Source: Macrostomum hystrix | Taxonomy: Eukaryota; Animalia; Platyhelminthes | Assembly: GCA_950097015.1 (NCBI GenBank) | Contig: CATNEN010000008.1 | Span: 3,596,001-3,660,000 of the forward strand | Length of the DNA stretch: 64,000 nucleotides | Direction of reading: 5' to 3' | Shown here: positions 34,511 to 47,374 of the stretch, one piece after another | How the letters are laid out: every line of letters begins with the position of its first letter | Position numbering within the stretch: position 1 is the first letter of the stretch | Notes under the pieces: model-generated | Told to the model about the DNA's origin: nothing | Database searches by the model: none | Seen by the model: only the letters and a program-made list of their open reading frames with translations | Position numbers and translations under genes: made by a program

Positions 34511-34870
34511 ATATTTTTTGCCAGCATTGCATAACAAGAGTCCAAATAAGAATAAAAGAGGAGCCATAATTTTTCTCAGCTTTATCCCTGCTCAACCCTC
34601 TAGTCCTTTTTTGTCTGAAGCACAGTAATTAGCAATTTCCTGCGTGATCCTATAGCCAATATCCTCTATTTGTTCCCATCCGAGTCTCTTTTGAGTCTAG
34701 TATCATCATTCCTTCTTTCGGAATCCGGTTTCTGCTTTCAGTAAAGTTGGGCCTCTCTTTTGCATTTCTTATATATTGCTTTTGCTCTGCAGGACCTCCT
34801 CCCAGGGGAGATATTGTGCTGGTCTATTCAGTTTTCAGCCAATAAAATCTTAGCTTAATCACTAAGCCAG

Positions 34871-35580
34871 TCAGTGAATGGAGTGCTAAGACAGTGAATG
34901 GAGTGCTAAGACAGTGAATGGAGTGCTAAGACAGTGAATGGAGTGCTAAGACAGTGAATGGAGTGCTAAGACAGTGAATGGAGTGCTAAGACAGTGAATG
35001 GAGTGCTAAGACAGTGAATGGAGTGCTAAGACAGTGAATGGAGTGCTAAGACAGTGAATGGAGTGACAGCAGTGAATTGAGTGACACAGCAGTGAATGGA
35101 GTGCTAAGACAGTGAATGGAGTGCTAAGACAGTGAATGGAGTGCTAAGACAGTGAATGGAGTGCTAAGACAGTGAATGGAGTGCTAAGACAGTGAATGGA
35201 GTGCTAAGACAGTGAATGGAGTGCTAAGACAGTGAATGGAGTGCTAAGACAGTGAATGGAGTGCTAAGACAGTGAATGGAGTGCTAAGACAGTGAATGGA
35301 GTGACAGCAGTGAATTGAGTGACACAGCAGTGAATGGAGTGCTAAGACAGTGAATGGAGTGCTAAGACAGTGAATGGAGTGCTAAGACAGTGAATGGAGT
35401 GCTAAGACAGTGAGTGGAGTGACAGTAGTGAATGGAGTGCTAAGACAGTGAATGGAGTGACACAGCAGTGAATGGAGTGACACAGCAGTGAATGGAGTGA
35501 CACAGCAGTGAATGGAGTGCTAAGACAGTGAATGGAGTGCTAAGACAGTGAATGGAGTGCTAAGACAGTGAATGGAGTGC
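34871..35580. repeat. 20-bp minisatellite (acagtgaatggagtgctaag)
   Basis: Direct tandem repetition with a duplicated variant block. Confidence 0.95.
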
Positions 35581-35904
35581 CCAGTCAGTGAAGTGCTAAT
35601 TAACCTTGCATTTTAAATTACCAGGCAAAAAGCTATTTTTTGAGCTGCACCTGAGCAGGTTCCATTAGCCCAGCTTGCCGAAATTCCCCCGGGGAATGAG
35701 CAGTGGACCGTCTTGAGGATTTTCCAAACCCGCGCAATCTATTTAGCCGGGATTCGCATTAGCCGTCACGCACACACAGAGGGAACCCCTCAACGGGCAA
35801 CGAACATCGAACTCAACTCGCTGAGAGCCTTGCTAAGGACTGGGAATTGGCCACTGAGTAGAATATGAGCACTCCTCAATTAGCTGCGAATACCGACCTG
35901 AACA

Positions 35905-36838
35905 CATTCACTAACCTGCTCATTCACTCATCTGCTCATTCTCTCACCTGCTCATTCACCCACCTGCTCATACAATCATCTGCTCATTCACTCACCTGCT
36001 CATTCACCCACCTGCTCATACACTCATCTGCTCATTCACTCATCTGCTCATTCACTTATCTGCTCATTTACTCACTTGTTCATTCACTCATCTGCTCATT
36101 CACTCACCTGCTCATTCACCCACCTGCTCATTCACTCACCTGCTCATTCACCTACCTGCTCATTCACTCACCTGCTCATTCACTCATCTGCTCATTCACT
36201 CATCTGCTCATTCACTCATCTGCTCATTCAATCATGTGCTCATTCACTCATCTTCTCATTTGCTCACCTGCTCATTCACTCATCTGCTCATTCACTCACT
36301 TGTTCATTCACTCATGTGCTCATTCACTCACTTGTTCATTCACTCATCTGCTCATTCACTTATCTTCTCATTTGCTCACCTGCTCATTCACTCATCTGCT
36401 CATTCACTCACTTGTTCATTCACTCATCTGCTCATTCACTCATCTGCTCATTCACTCATCTGCTCATTCACTCATCTTCTCATTGGCTCACCTGCTCATT
36501 CACTTATCTGCTCATTCACTCACTTGTTCATTCACTCACCTGCTCATTCACTAATCTGCTCATTCACTGATCTGCTCATTCACTCATCTGCTCATTCACT
36601 CATCTGCTCATTCACTCATCTGCTCATTCACTCATCTGCTCATTCAATCATCTGCTCATTCACTCATCTGCTCATTCACTCATCTGCTCATTCACTCATC
36701 TGCTCATTCACTCATCTTCTCATTCACTCATCTTCTCATTTGCTCATCTGCTCATTCACTCACTTGTTCATTCACTCATCTGCTCATTCACTAATCTGCT
36801 CATTCACTGATCTGCTCATTCTCTCTCCTGCTCATTCA
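35905..36838. repeat. 16-bp minisatellite (ctcattcactcatctg)
   Basis: Direct tandem repetition. Confidence 0.95.
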
Positions 36839-37696
36839 CATTCTATACATTATAATGTTCTGTACATTCAGTGCTGTTCGTGTTATGTATTATCTAGCCA
36901 GAACTTAGGTTTAGATGCATTTTTCTTTTTTAAATAAATGTCAGGCGCTGACAATATTACTCACCACTAATTATGTCCCGTCCTTGCTTGAGCAATAAAG
37001 AAAGCAAGAAGCAATTTAGGAAATAGTCAGGTTTCGCTTGGGCATCAGAAGTGAAAATGTAATAAAACAGTTGCTTAGATTCACTGACAAACGCTGTGTG
37101 TATTTTTCAGTGGCCGTTAAAGGAAGAGCGTTAGTCTACAAGAAAGGAATTTTTAGAACAGCTTGACAGTGGCAGACCAGCTTGAGCAACCTCGGGGCGT
37201 TTTGCAGTCTCTCAGCTCTCTTCTCTAGTGGGGGGGAGGAAGACACGCGCTGCAGCCAATCAGCGCTCTTCACCCAGCTCCCTGCATAGGGAGAAGGACG
37301 GGAGAGAGGGCGGTTAGGGGATGTCAGGTTGCCGGTGGCTTATTGCCAAAAAGGCCTCTCTACCCCATGGAGGGCTTTGGTGGGGCTTGGGAGAATGGAT
37401 GGCAGGACGCGTGGTACATACAGTTTTTTATGATACACAATGCCAATGCCAGTTTCCAATGGGAGAATTCTGTGAATAGAGGATTGGGAAGCTGCCGTTC
37501 GTGTTAGCCCCCTGGCTTGGCCTGATATTTTTAGTCAGCTTTGAAAAAGGGGATGGATTCTGGAGAAAAATTGCTGAGGGAATCTTTAAATCCCCGTTGG
37601 GAGCAATGAGGTGATGGCTGCCGATGATTTTCTGCGCTAAGAATACATCACGCACTTTTGAATTCAGCTTAATTCTTCAGGTAGTCCTCAAATAGA

Positions 37697-38560
37697 TGTG
37701 GTCCTTCAATTCCAATCTCTGAACATTATTTGTGGTCCTTCAATTCCAATCTCTGAACCTTATTTGTGGTCCTTCAATTCCAATCTCTGAACCTTATTTG
37801 TGGTCCTTCAATTCCAATCTCTGAACCTTATTTGTGGTCCTTCAATTCCAATCTCTGAACCTTATTTGTGGTCCTTCAATTCCAATCTCTGAACATTATT
37901 TGTGGTCCTTCAATTCCAATCTCTGAACCTTATTTGTGGTCCTTCAATTCCAATCTCTGAACATTATTTGTGGTCCTTCAATTCCAATCTCTGAACCTTA
38001 TTTGTGGTCCTTCAATTCCAATCTCTGAACCTTATTTGTGGTACTTCAATTCCAATCTCTGAACATTATTTGTGGTCCTTCAATTCCAATCTCTGAACCT
38101 TATTTGTGGTCCTTCAATTCCAATCTCTGAACATTATTTGTGGTACTTCAATTCCAATCTCTGAACCTTATTTGTGGTCCTTCAATTCCAATCTCTGAAC
38201 ATTATTTGTGGTACTTCAATTCCAATCTCTGAACCTTATTTGTGGTCCATCAATTCCAATCTCTGAACCTTATTTGTGGTCCATCAATTCCAATCTCTGA
38301 ACCTTATTTGTGGTCCTTCAATTTCAATCTCTGAACCTTATTTGTGGTCCTTCAATTCCAATCTCTGAACCTTATTTGTGGTCCTTCAATTCCAATCTCT
38401 GAACCTTATTTGTGGTCCTTCAATTCCAATCTCTGAACCTTATTTGTGGTCCTGCAATTCCAATCTCTGAACCTTATTTGTGGTCCTTCAATTCCAATCT
38501 CTGAACCTTATTTGTGGTCCTTCAATTTCAATCTCTGAACCTTATTTGTGGTCCTGCAAT
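37697..38560. repeat. 34-bp minisatellite (gtggtccttcaattccaatctctgaaccttattt), ~25 copies
   Basis: Near-identical tandem units with no spacers. Confidence 0.96.
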
Positions 38561-39711
38561 TCTAAAGCGACTGAGAATATTGTAATAAATCATAATTTGT
38601 TTGACACAAGGTGATGAAACAGGCCAATAGGCAGCGGTCCCATCGTGTATCCAAGGCCACTAGGAATTAAGCACATAAGTTAAGCAGTTTTTGCGTGTAT
38701 CGTGTAGGCCAGAAAATATATTGCCTTTCAACTAGTTTCAAAACACTCCAACTCAGCGTGGGATAAAGATTAGAAAAAAGCTCTTTGAAAACTGCGTTTT
38801 GCGAGAGAAGTTTGGCAAGTTAATCCACACAATTTTTCCCCCGCAATCCCAGTTGTCAGTTGCCACTACAATCGGGTCACGCAAGGTGAGGATAATTTTT
38901 TGCAACGCATGAATGTCTTTTATTATGTTTTAGATATTTACTTAACATTCTAAGCTGCCTACTTATTAGTAGGAGGAAACGGACACTATTACCCAAGGCT
39001 CTTATAACATGCCTTAAAGTATTTTTGTATTTTGCTAAAAAAATCACTCATTTTTAAGAAACACGAGCGTGAGCTTTTTACCATAGACTATTGAATCCTC
39101 CAGCTTGGCCATGGATCAATATTAAACGGATATCTCGCTAGTGCATTTTAACGTGAAAATTTGCCTTTAATAAATTTTCTAAGAAACGAAAATTGTCTGC
39201 CCATCCTTCTTTTACGGGCTCGTAATGGTCTTTAATTATTAGCTGCCCCAATCTTTGTCTATGGCCTAGACGCGTCGTCAGCCATGCCGCCTAGGCCATA
39301 GAAAGGAAATCTGGAGGGGTATTATTTTACGCGTCTGGCACAGTCAACTCCCCAGTAAATTGAGTCTACAACTGCCAAACTTAAAAGTTACATGGTGGCT
39401 CTTATATTAACTCACACATGCCTCGCGTGCCTTGGCGGATTCTGTGAAACAAAGCCTAAACCATGATTTTTCATTCCGAAAGAAAGAATGACAAAAACAT
39501 ATGGAAGCAGCGAACAAGTCACCCTAGGAGAAGATTAGTGGCATTACCCTCCTAGTCAGTTCGGGGCTATGCAAAACGAAGGAAAGCGAATTTAATTATT
39601 TTGAGTTGCTTCCGCTCTCAGATGGAATCGAGTGCCCGCGGGCGAAACTGCTGATTTCGGATTAAAAAGAAGCTGAGGTGAAGGCTGCGAAATTAGTGAG
39701 CGACCGGCTGA

Positions 39712-39713
39712 CT

Positions 39714-39797
<84 letters not shown>

Positions 39798-41041
39798 GGC
39801 TGACAGAACAGAACAGAACAGAACAGAACAGAACAGAACAGAACAGAACAGAACAGAACAGAACAGAACAGAACAGAACAGGACAGAACAGAACAGAACA
39901 GAACAGGACAGAACAGAACAGAACAGAACAGAACAGAACAGAATAGAACAGAACAGAACAGAACAGAACAGAACAGAACAGAACAGAACAGAACAGAACA
40001 GAACAGGACAGAACAGAACAGAACAGAACAGAACAGAACAGAATAGAACAGAACAGAACAGAACAGAACAGAACAGAACAGAACAGAACAGAACAGAACA
40101 GAACAGAACAGAACAGAACAGAATAGAACAGAATAGAAGAACAGAATAGAACAGAACAGAACAGGACAGAACAGAACAGAACAGAACAGAACAGAAAAGG
40201 ACAGACAGAAAAAAACAGAACAGAACAGGACAGAACAGAACAGAACAGAACAGAACAGAACAGAACAGGACAGGACAGGACAGGACAGAACAGAACAGGA
40301 CAGGACAGGACAGAACAGAACAGAACAGGACAGGACAGAACAGAACAGAACAGGACAGGACAGAACAGAACAGAACAGGACAGGACAGAACAGAACAGAA
40401 CAGGACAGGACAGAACAGAACAGAACAGAACAGGACAGAACAGAACAGGACAGGACAGAACAGAACAGAACAGGACAGGACAGAACAGAACAGAACAGAA
40501 CAGGACAGGACAGGACAGAACAGGACAGGACAGGACAGGACAGGACAGGACAGGACAGAACAGAACAGAACAGAACAGGACAGGACAGAACAGAACAGAA
40601 CAGAACAGGACAGGACAGAACAGGACAGAACAGAACAGAACAGAACAGAACAGAACAGGACAGAACAGGACAGAACAGAACAGAACAGAACAGGACAGGA
40701 CAGGACAGGACAGGACAGGACAGGACAGGACAGGACAGGACAGGACAGGACAGGACAGGACAGAACAGAACAGGACAGGACAGGACAGGACAGAACAGAA
40801 CAGGACAGGACAGGACAGGACAGGACAGGACAGGACAGGACAGGACAGGACAGGACAGGACAGGACAGGACAGGACAGGACAGGACAGGACAGGACAGGA
40901 CAGGACAGGACAGGACAGGACAGGACAGGACAGGACAGGACAGGACAGGACAGGACAGGACAGGACAGGACAGGACAGGACAGGACAGGACAGGACAGGA
41001 CAGGACAGGACAGGACAGAACAGAACAGGACAGGACAGGAC
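39712..41041. repeat. Compound microsatellite (GACA)n - (AGAAC)n - (AGGAC)n
   Basis: Direct reading. Confidence 0.97.
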
Positions 41042-41619
41042 TCCGAGGAAAGTGAAATTTGTCGGAGATTGCATGTCAGTTGCCTAGGGCAATAAAATCT
41101 AGGCTGCATTTTTTCAGGAAACTGCATAATTGTGTGCTGCCAATTAGAATCCAGAAGCTCTAGTAGGTGATATTACGAGATTTCATCTAAAATGAATTTT
41201 TAAAGCAAAAACTTCTATTTCTCGCGGCTGCCTGTTTGCAGAACTCGGAAGAAAGTTCACGGGGCATCGGTGCCTTCAAAATTGCGTGCACTAATTCAAG
41301 CTAATTAATTATCCACTCCAGATGGCCGCAATTTTCCGCCGGTGATTCAGTCCGCGCGGTTTTAGTCATAGGAGAAAAATTAATTTCAAGAACTGCCAAG
41401 TTATGAAAGTTCAAATCACGATCGAGTGAAGTACACACGGCATTATCAGGGGACTGCCGAATGGCGGATTCTTTGCTAGTAAATTGTTTGACGCTTTTGG
41501 GAAATGAGCGCAGGAGGGGAAAAGATAGATAGGGGAGATAGGGGAGAAGGAGAAGGAGGAGACGGATGACGGAGGAAAAGGAGGAGGAAGTGAAGGAAGG
41601 TGAAAGAGTGTACGGGATG

Positions 41620-42243
41620 TCAAGGAGTGTATGGGATGTCAAGGAGGGTAAGAGATGTCAAGGAGGGTAAGGGATGTCAAGGAGTGTAAGGGGTGTCAAA
41701 GAGGGTAAGGGATGTCAAGGAGGGTAAGGGGTGTCAAGGAGTGTAAGGGTTGTCAAGGAGGGTAAGGGGTGTCAAGGAGGGTAAGGGGTGTCAAGGAGGG
41801 TAAGGGGTGTCAAGGAGGGTAAGGGGTGTCAAGGAGGGTAAGGGGTGTCAAGGAGGGTAAGGGGTGTCAAAGAGGGTAAGGGGTGTCAAGGAGGTTAAGG
41901 AATGTCAAGGAGGGTAAGGGGTGTCAAGGAGGGTAAGGGGTGTCAAGGAGGTTAAGGAATGTCAAGGAGGGTAAGGGGTGTCAAGGAGGGTAAGGGGTGT
42001 CAAGGAGGGTAAGGGGTGTCAAGGAGGTTAAGGAATGTCAAGGAGGGTAAGGGGTGTCAAGGAGGGTAAGGGGTGTCAAGGAGGTTAAGGAATGTCAAGG
42101 AGGTTAAGGGATGTCAAGGAGGGTAAGGGATGTCAAGGAGTGTAAGGGGTGTCAAAGAGGGTAAGGGATGTCAAGGAGGGTAAGGGGTGTCAAGGAGGGT
42201 AAGGGATGTCAAGGAAGGTAAGGGATGCCAAGGAGGGTAAGGG
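41620..42243. repeat. 19-bp minisatellite (aaggagggtaaggggtgtc)
   Basis: Direct tandem repetition. Confidence 0.95.
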
Positions 42244-42649
42244 GTACCTGCTTTACCTGATTTACGTAATTTGCAAGAACTTATTTCTCTGTGAGGACAC
42301 AATTTGGTGCGCAGGATAAAACTCCCACCCCCGTGTTTGAGGCAGAAAGCCTTCACTAATTTAATCCAGACAAAGTCTGGAATTGTAGCCAAGCAGTCTT
42401 ATCAATTTAGTATTGTAGAATTCTGCAGTCTAGACTGAGTATTGACACATATTCACAGCTAGCGGGAAACTAAAGGACAGCCTCGGTTGACAGATTGTGG
42501 AGTTACTTGTTTGGTCAAAAGGACAAGCGCGGCTTTAAATTTGGCATACTGTGGAGACTCAGTTTGGTGAGCCACAATCTTTAGTGATATCATCTTTAGT
42601 TATGATCCTTGTGAAAACATGAGGTTATGAATATTTTTGGTGTGAATCT

Positions 42650-43600
42650 TAACGGTGTAAATCTGAAGGGGGTGAATCTTTAGGGTGTGAATCCTAAGGG
42701 TGTGAATCTTAAGGGTGTGAATCTTAAGGGTGTGAATATCAGACGTGTGCATATTTAGGGTGTAAATCTTCGGGGTGTGAATCTTTAGGGTGTGAATATC
42801 TAGGGTGTGAATCTTTAGGGTGTGAATCTTTAGGGTGTGAATCTTTAGGGTGTGAATCTTTAGGGTGTGAATCTTTAGGGTGTGAATATCTAGGGTGTGA
42901 ATCTTTAGGGTGTGAATATCTAGGGTGTGAATCTTTAGGGTGTGAATATCTAGGGTGTGAATCTTTAGGGTGTGAATATCTAGGGTGTGAATCTTTAGGG
43001 TGTGAATCTTTAGGGTGTGAATCTTTAGGGTGTGAATCTTTAGGGTGTGAATATCTAGTGTGTGAATCTTAAGGGTGTGAATCTTAAGGGTGTGAATCTT
43101 TAGGGTGTGAATATCTAGGGTGTGAATCTTTAGGGTGTGAATCTTTAGGGTGTGAATCTTTAGGGTGTGAATCTTTAGGGTGTGAATATCTAGGGTGTGA
43201 ATCTTTAGGGTGTGAAACTTTAGGGTGTGAATCTTTAGGGTGTGAATATCTAGGGTGTGAATCTTTAGGGTGTCAATACCTAGGGTGTGTATCTTAAGGG
43301 TGTGAATCTTTAGGGTGTGAATCTTTAGGGTGTGAATCTTTAGGGTGTGAATCTTTAGGGTGTGAATATCTAGGGTGTGAATCTTTAGGGTGTGAATCTT
43401 TAGGGTGTGAATCTTTAGGGTGTGAATCTTTAGGGTGTGAATCTTTAGGGTGTGAATCTTTAGGGTGTCAATCTTTAGGGTGTGAATCTTTAGGGTGTGA
43501 ATATCTAGGGTGTGAATCTTTAGGGTATGAATCTTTAGGGTGTGAATCTTTAGGGTGTGAATCTTAAGGCTGTGAATCTTAAGGCTGTAAATATTTAAGG
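42650..43600. repeat. 15-bp minisatellite (tttagggtgtgaatc) containing TTAGGG
   Basis: Direct tandem repetition, ~60 units, degenerate edges. Confidence 0.95.
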
Positions 43601-44300
43601 TTGAGAATGTATAAAAGTGTAAATCTTTGTCATTGTGAGTTTTCGGGTATAAAAATCCTCAGGTAATTCAAGTGCGTGCGCTGTAATAGCCCTTGGAGGC
43701 TAGGAGGCAAAAATATCTCAAATGGAATGAAATGAACCCACTTAGATATCCGGCTGTCCGATTGGGTCAGCGGGGGAATCTGTACAACCTCGCCACTTAA
43801 TTATCCCTAAAAGCTTCTAGCTGATGAGGATCTAGACAATGCTACAAGATAATTAGCAACTGAGCCCGGTAGGGATCAAGAGGCCAACTCATCTGTCTGC
43901 CTGGTCATGTAATGAATAGATTGACAGATCACCAGCTTGTCAATGAAGCTACACGCGCATACACACTGTTGAAACTGTGCACTGGAAATCGCATTCTAAT
44001 TACATAGCTACTAGTAATATCGGGAGAAGGACGCCATTTATAGGCTAAGGCGACCTGCTAGACATGTAGCAAATCTTTTCTTATACAATCTCAGCAATTC
44101 TAAGCCCTACAGCCTTTCAGCCAATCGGGGCGCTCTGAGAAATGTGAGATGCCTGACAGACACGAGCAGCCAGTTGAAGAAGAGAGAAAGCGAAAGCAGA
44201 AGAGTTGGCTATAAAAAATTGCGGACGTCATAAAACGAAGCCTATCCCTTAGCTGTGACCTCCTCTGAGCCAGCTGGAGCACCTACTGAGCACTGCTTTC

Positions 44301-44320
44301 ATGGATCCGTTTCAAAATTT
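44301..44320 (+). CDS. Class A GPCR, predicted exon 1 (MDPFQN)
   Basis: ATG followed by a TT|GTAAGT donor (phase 2) that matches the acceptor at 45257; no in-frame ATG precedes TM1 in exon 2. Confidence 0.55.
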
Positions 44321-44539
44321 GTAAGTTTCTATCTGTGAATTAAAAAAACTAGTTTTTAAGAGCTCATTCATTACTCAAATTTACGTAATCCCCAAGTGAA
44401 TTGAATGCCTGCTATTTCAATAAATTCTATAACTTTCGCTTGCAGCTTTGAAGCCAGCGAGAGTATGCCATTGTTAACAATCCGTTTTCTAAGAATTATT
44501 TAATCGTATATCATGAATCACAAGATAAAGCTAATTTCT

Positions 44540-45205
44540 GATCCATCTACTCGCCCTTACCTACCTACCAGCCCTTATCTACCATCCCTTATCTACCATC
44601 CCTTACCTACTAGCCCTTATCTACTAGCCCTTATCTACCATCCCTTATCTACCATCCCTTACCTACTAGCCCTTATCTACTATCCCTTACCTTATCTACC
44701 ATCCCTTATCTACCATCCCTTACCTACTAGCCCTTATCTACTAGCCCTTATCTATCATCCCTTACCTTATCTACCATCCCTTATCTACTAGCCCATATCT
44801 ACCATCCCTTATGTACCATCACTTATCTACCATCCCTTATCTACCAGCCGTTATCTACTAGCCCATATCTACAATCCCTTATGTACCAGCCCTTATCTAC
44901 CATCCCTTATCTACCAGCCCTTATCTACTAGCCCTTATCTACCAGATCTTATCTACCATATCTTATCTACCAAATATAATCTACCAGAGCTTATCTACCA
45001 GATCTTATCTACCAGATCTTATCAACCAGATCTTATCTACCAGATCTTATCAACCAGATCTAATCTACCATATCTTATCTACCAAATCTAATCTACCAGA
45101 GCTTATCTACCAGATCTTATCTACCAGATCTTATCTACCAGATCTAATCAACCAGATCTTATCTACCAGATCTTATCTACCAGATCTTATCTACCAGATC
45201 TTATT
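44540..45205. repeat. 14-bp intronic minisatellite (ctaccatcccttat grading to ctaccagatcttat)
   Basis: Direct tandem repetition. Confidence 0.92.
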
Positions 45206-45257
45206 TTACATACCTTAGCTACTGCCGATTTCCACCTGCCCTAATCTGGCTCCGCAG

Positions 45258-45433
45258 GTCGCCCCAGGACTGGTTGTGCTGTCAATGGTCCCTGCTGACC
45301 TTTCAAAACACATCCCTAGCCCTGGTGCCCGAGTCCACTCACTCAGTGTCACCGGAGCAGTTTATTGAGCACTTCTCCGTCATCGTACCTGAGAACGAGG
45401 TGGGCAGAAATGCTTGTCTGGCTGGGCCATACT

Positions 45434-45466
<33 letters not shown>

Positions 45467-45978
45467 TGGAGCAGGTGTTAGCCAAATGCTACAGCTCCTG
45501 GGAATCGGTGCTCCCGCTTAGCAAGCGACGCTTCAAGCCGAACCCAGCTCTCACAATCGCCGGCCTCGTCCTTCTCGTCTTCGGAGTCGTCGCCAACGCA
45601 TTGATCGTCTTCACCGTAGCCCTGATTAAATCTATGCGCACTCGGAAAAATGCCTTCATGCTGAACCTGGCCATCGCCGACATCCTCGTCCTGACATTCT
45701 GCGCGCCCTACTCGGCCAAGCTCATCCTCGTGTATGACTGGCGCTGGGATGGCGTGATGTGCAAGCTGGTGCCATTCGTACAGGGCGGCCTCATGTCCGT
45801 GAGCATCTGGTCCCAGGCTTCGGTGGCACTTTATCGCTACATGGTCATCTGTCACCCCATGCGAGCCAGGGCGTCAGTCACAGCCCGACGGGTCGCCTTC
45901 TGGATTGGCTTCGTTTGGCTGCTGTCTGTGCTGCTGTGCTGTCCCAACCTCATCTCACACAGGCACCGGGTTGAGCAG
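45258..45978 (+). CDS. Rhodopsin-family (class A) peptide/neuropeptide-type GPCR, exon 2 (N-terminus, TM1-TM4)
   Basis: GVVANALIV (TM1), MRTRKNAFMLNLAIAD (TM2), W..MCKLVPFVQG, YRYMVICHP (DRY position), FVWLLSVLLCCP (TM4); ccgcAG acceptor; the GTGGCT donor is weak. Confidence 0.92.
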
Positions 45979-46044
45979 GTGGCTTAATGCTTAGTTTAAC
46001 TTGGTCTTGAGTATGGGTGCACATTATTGCTGGAACTGCACTTC

Positions 46045-46430
46045 TTCCCTCTCTCCCAATCTCCCTCTCTCCTTTTCTCCCTCTTTCCTTCTCTCCAACT
46101 CTTCCTCTCTCCCTCTTTCCTTCTCTCCCTCTCTCCCTCTCTCACTCTCTCACTCTCTCACTCTCTCCCTCTCTCCCTCTATCCCTCTCTCACTCTCTCC
46201 CTCTCTCCCTCTCTCCCTCTCTCACTCTCTCCCTCTCTCCTTCTCTCCCTCTCTCCCTCTCTCACTCTCTCCCTCTCTCCCTCTCTCCTTCTCTCACTCT
46301 CTCACTCTCTCCCTCTCTCCCTCTCTCCCTCTCTCCCTCTCTCCCTCTCTCCTTCTCTCCCTCTCTCCCTCTCTCCCTCTCTCCCTCTCTCCCTCTCTCC
46401 CTCTCTCCTTCTCTCCCTCTCTCCCTCTCT
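46045..46430. repeat. CT-rich intronic repeat (ctctccctct)n
   Basis: Direct reading. Confidence 0.92.
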
Positions 46431-46698
46431 AATTTGCTTGACTTGTATATTTTTGCGGTTTTAATCAAATTTGAATTTCCGGTAAATAAGGAAATAATAA
46501 AACAAACAACACCGGAAAAACTTCAATTGTTGCCGCACAGGTAAATTCAAGTTCGAATTAAAAAAATATGATACGAAAACCGGAAACTTTAAAGAATACC
46601 AAAACTCTCCATCTCAGTCTCCTTTGAAACCTTTGTTAAAAAAAACACGCACATTTAAACACCGGAAAAAATAGGTCCTGGGAATCTTCCTGCTGCAG

Positions 46699-47319
46699 TT
46701 ATGCGACGAAGACGGCGATATCTTGCTTAAACGGAGCTACACGGTGTTCTTGCTAATCTGTCTCTACCTGCTGCCGGCGGTTGTCATGGCAACCTTCTGC
46801 GGCCTCAGTATTCGCGAGTTGAAAAGGTCGCTGAGATTTCTCACTAGAAGCTCCCAGCAGGCCGACAGGCAGTGCCGTCGACTGCAGACTGCCCGGCTGT
46901 TCCTGGCTCTGTTGGCTGCCTTCCTGATCTGCTGGGGTCCGCATCATGCGCTAACACTGTACCTGCACTTGTCCCAGAGCCAGTCTGATGAGGGCCAGAC
47001 AAACGACCACCTTTACTTGGCCCAGTTCGGCTCGCTGCTGCTCGGCTACTTCAACAGCGTCGTGAATCCGTGCTGCCTGCTCGTCATCAGCTCCGAGTTT
47101 CGACGCCAGAGCTGGCGACTGGCCAGGTGCCGCTGCAGCCAGCCGGAGACCCCGACGGCTTCGTTGAGGACCAGCAGCCGGCTGGCTGGGGGTGCCGGAG
47201 GCGGTGGCGGCGGCGGCGGCAGCGGCGGCGGCGGCGGCGGAGACTTTCTGGTTGTGCGGCAGGCCACTCTGGGAGGTCGTCGATGTTTTCAGCCAGCCCG
47301 TCGACTAAATGACGGGTAA
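46699..47319 (+). CDS. Class A GPCR, exon 3 (ECL2 Cys, TM5-TM7, C-tail)
   Basis: ctgcAG acceptor, phase 0; LYLLPAVVM (TM5), FLICWGPHH (TM6 CWxP), YFNSVVNPCC (TM7). Joined model is 453 aa. Confidence 0.92.
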   Translation, partial: LCDEDGDILLKRSYTVFLLICLYLLPAVVMATFCGLSIRELKRSLRFLTRSSQQADRQCRRLQTARLFLALLAAFLICWGPHHALTLYLHLSQSQSDEGQTNDHLYLAQFGSLLLGYFNSVVNPCCLLVISSEFRRQSWRLARCRCSQPETPTASLRTSSRLAGGAGGGGGGGGSGGGGGGDFLVVRQATLGGRRCFQPARRLNDG

Positions 47320-47374
47320 TTCACGGCTGTTTGTTGATAAATGCATGGGAGAAGGGAATGAGAGTGTTGAGATA

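Noticed and set aside
37697-38560. 34-bp repeats of CRISPR-like length (also the 28-, 30- and 32-bp arrays)
   Set aside because: Units are directly adjacent with no unique spacers, there are no cas genes, and the context is eukaryotic.
39081-39264. ccatagac...gtctatgg 8-bp inverted ends
   Set aside because: Only 8 bp match, with no extension and no TSD; expected by chance.
32775-41127. Long QNRTE / VLFCS / IYLS / SFTHLL ORFs
   Set aside because: Stop-free frames of microsatellites and minisatellites.
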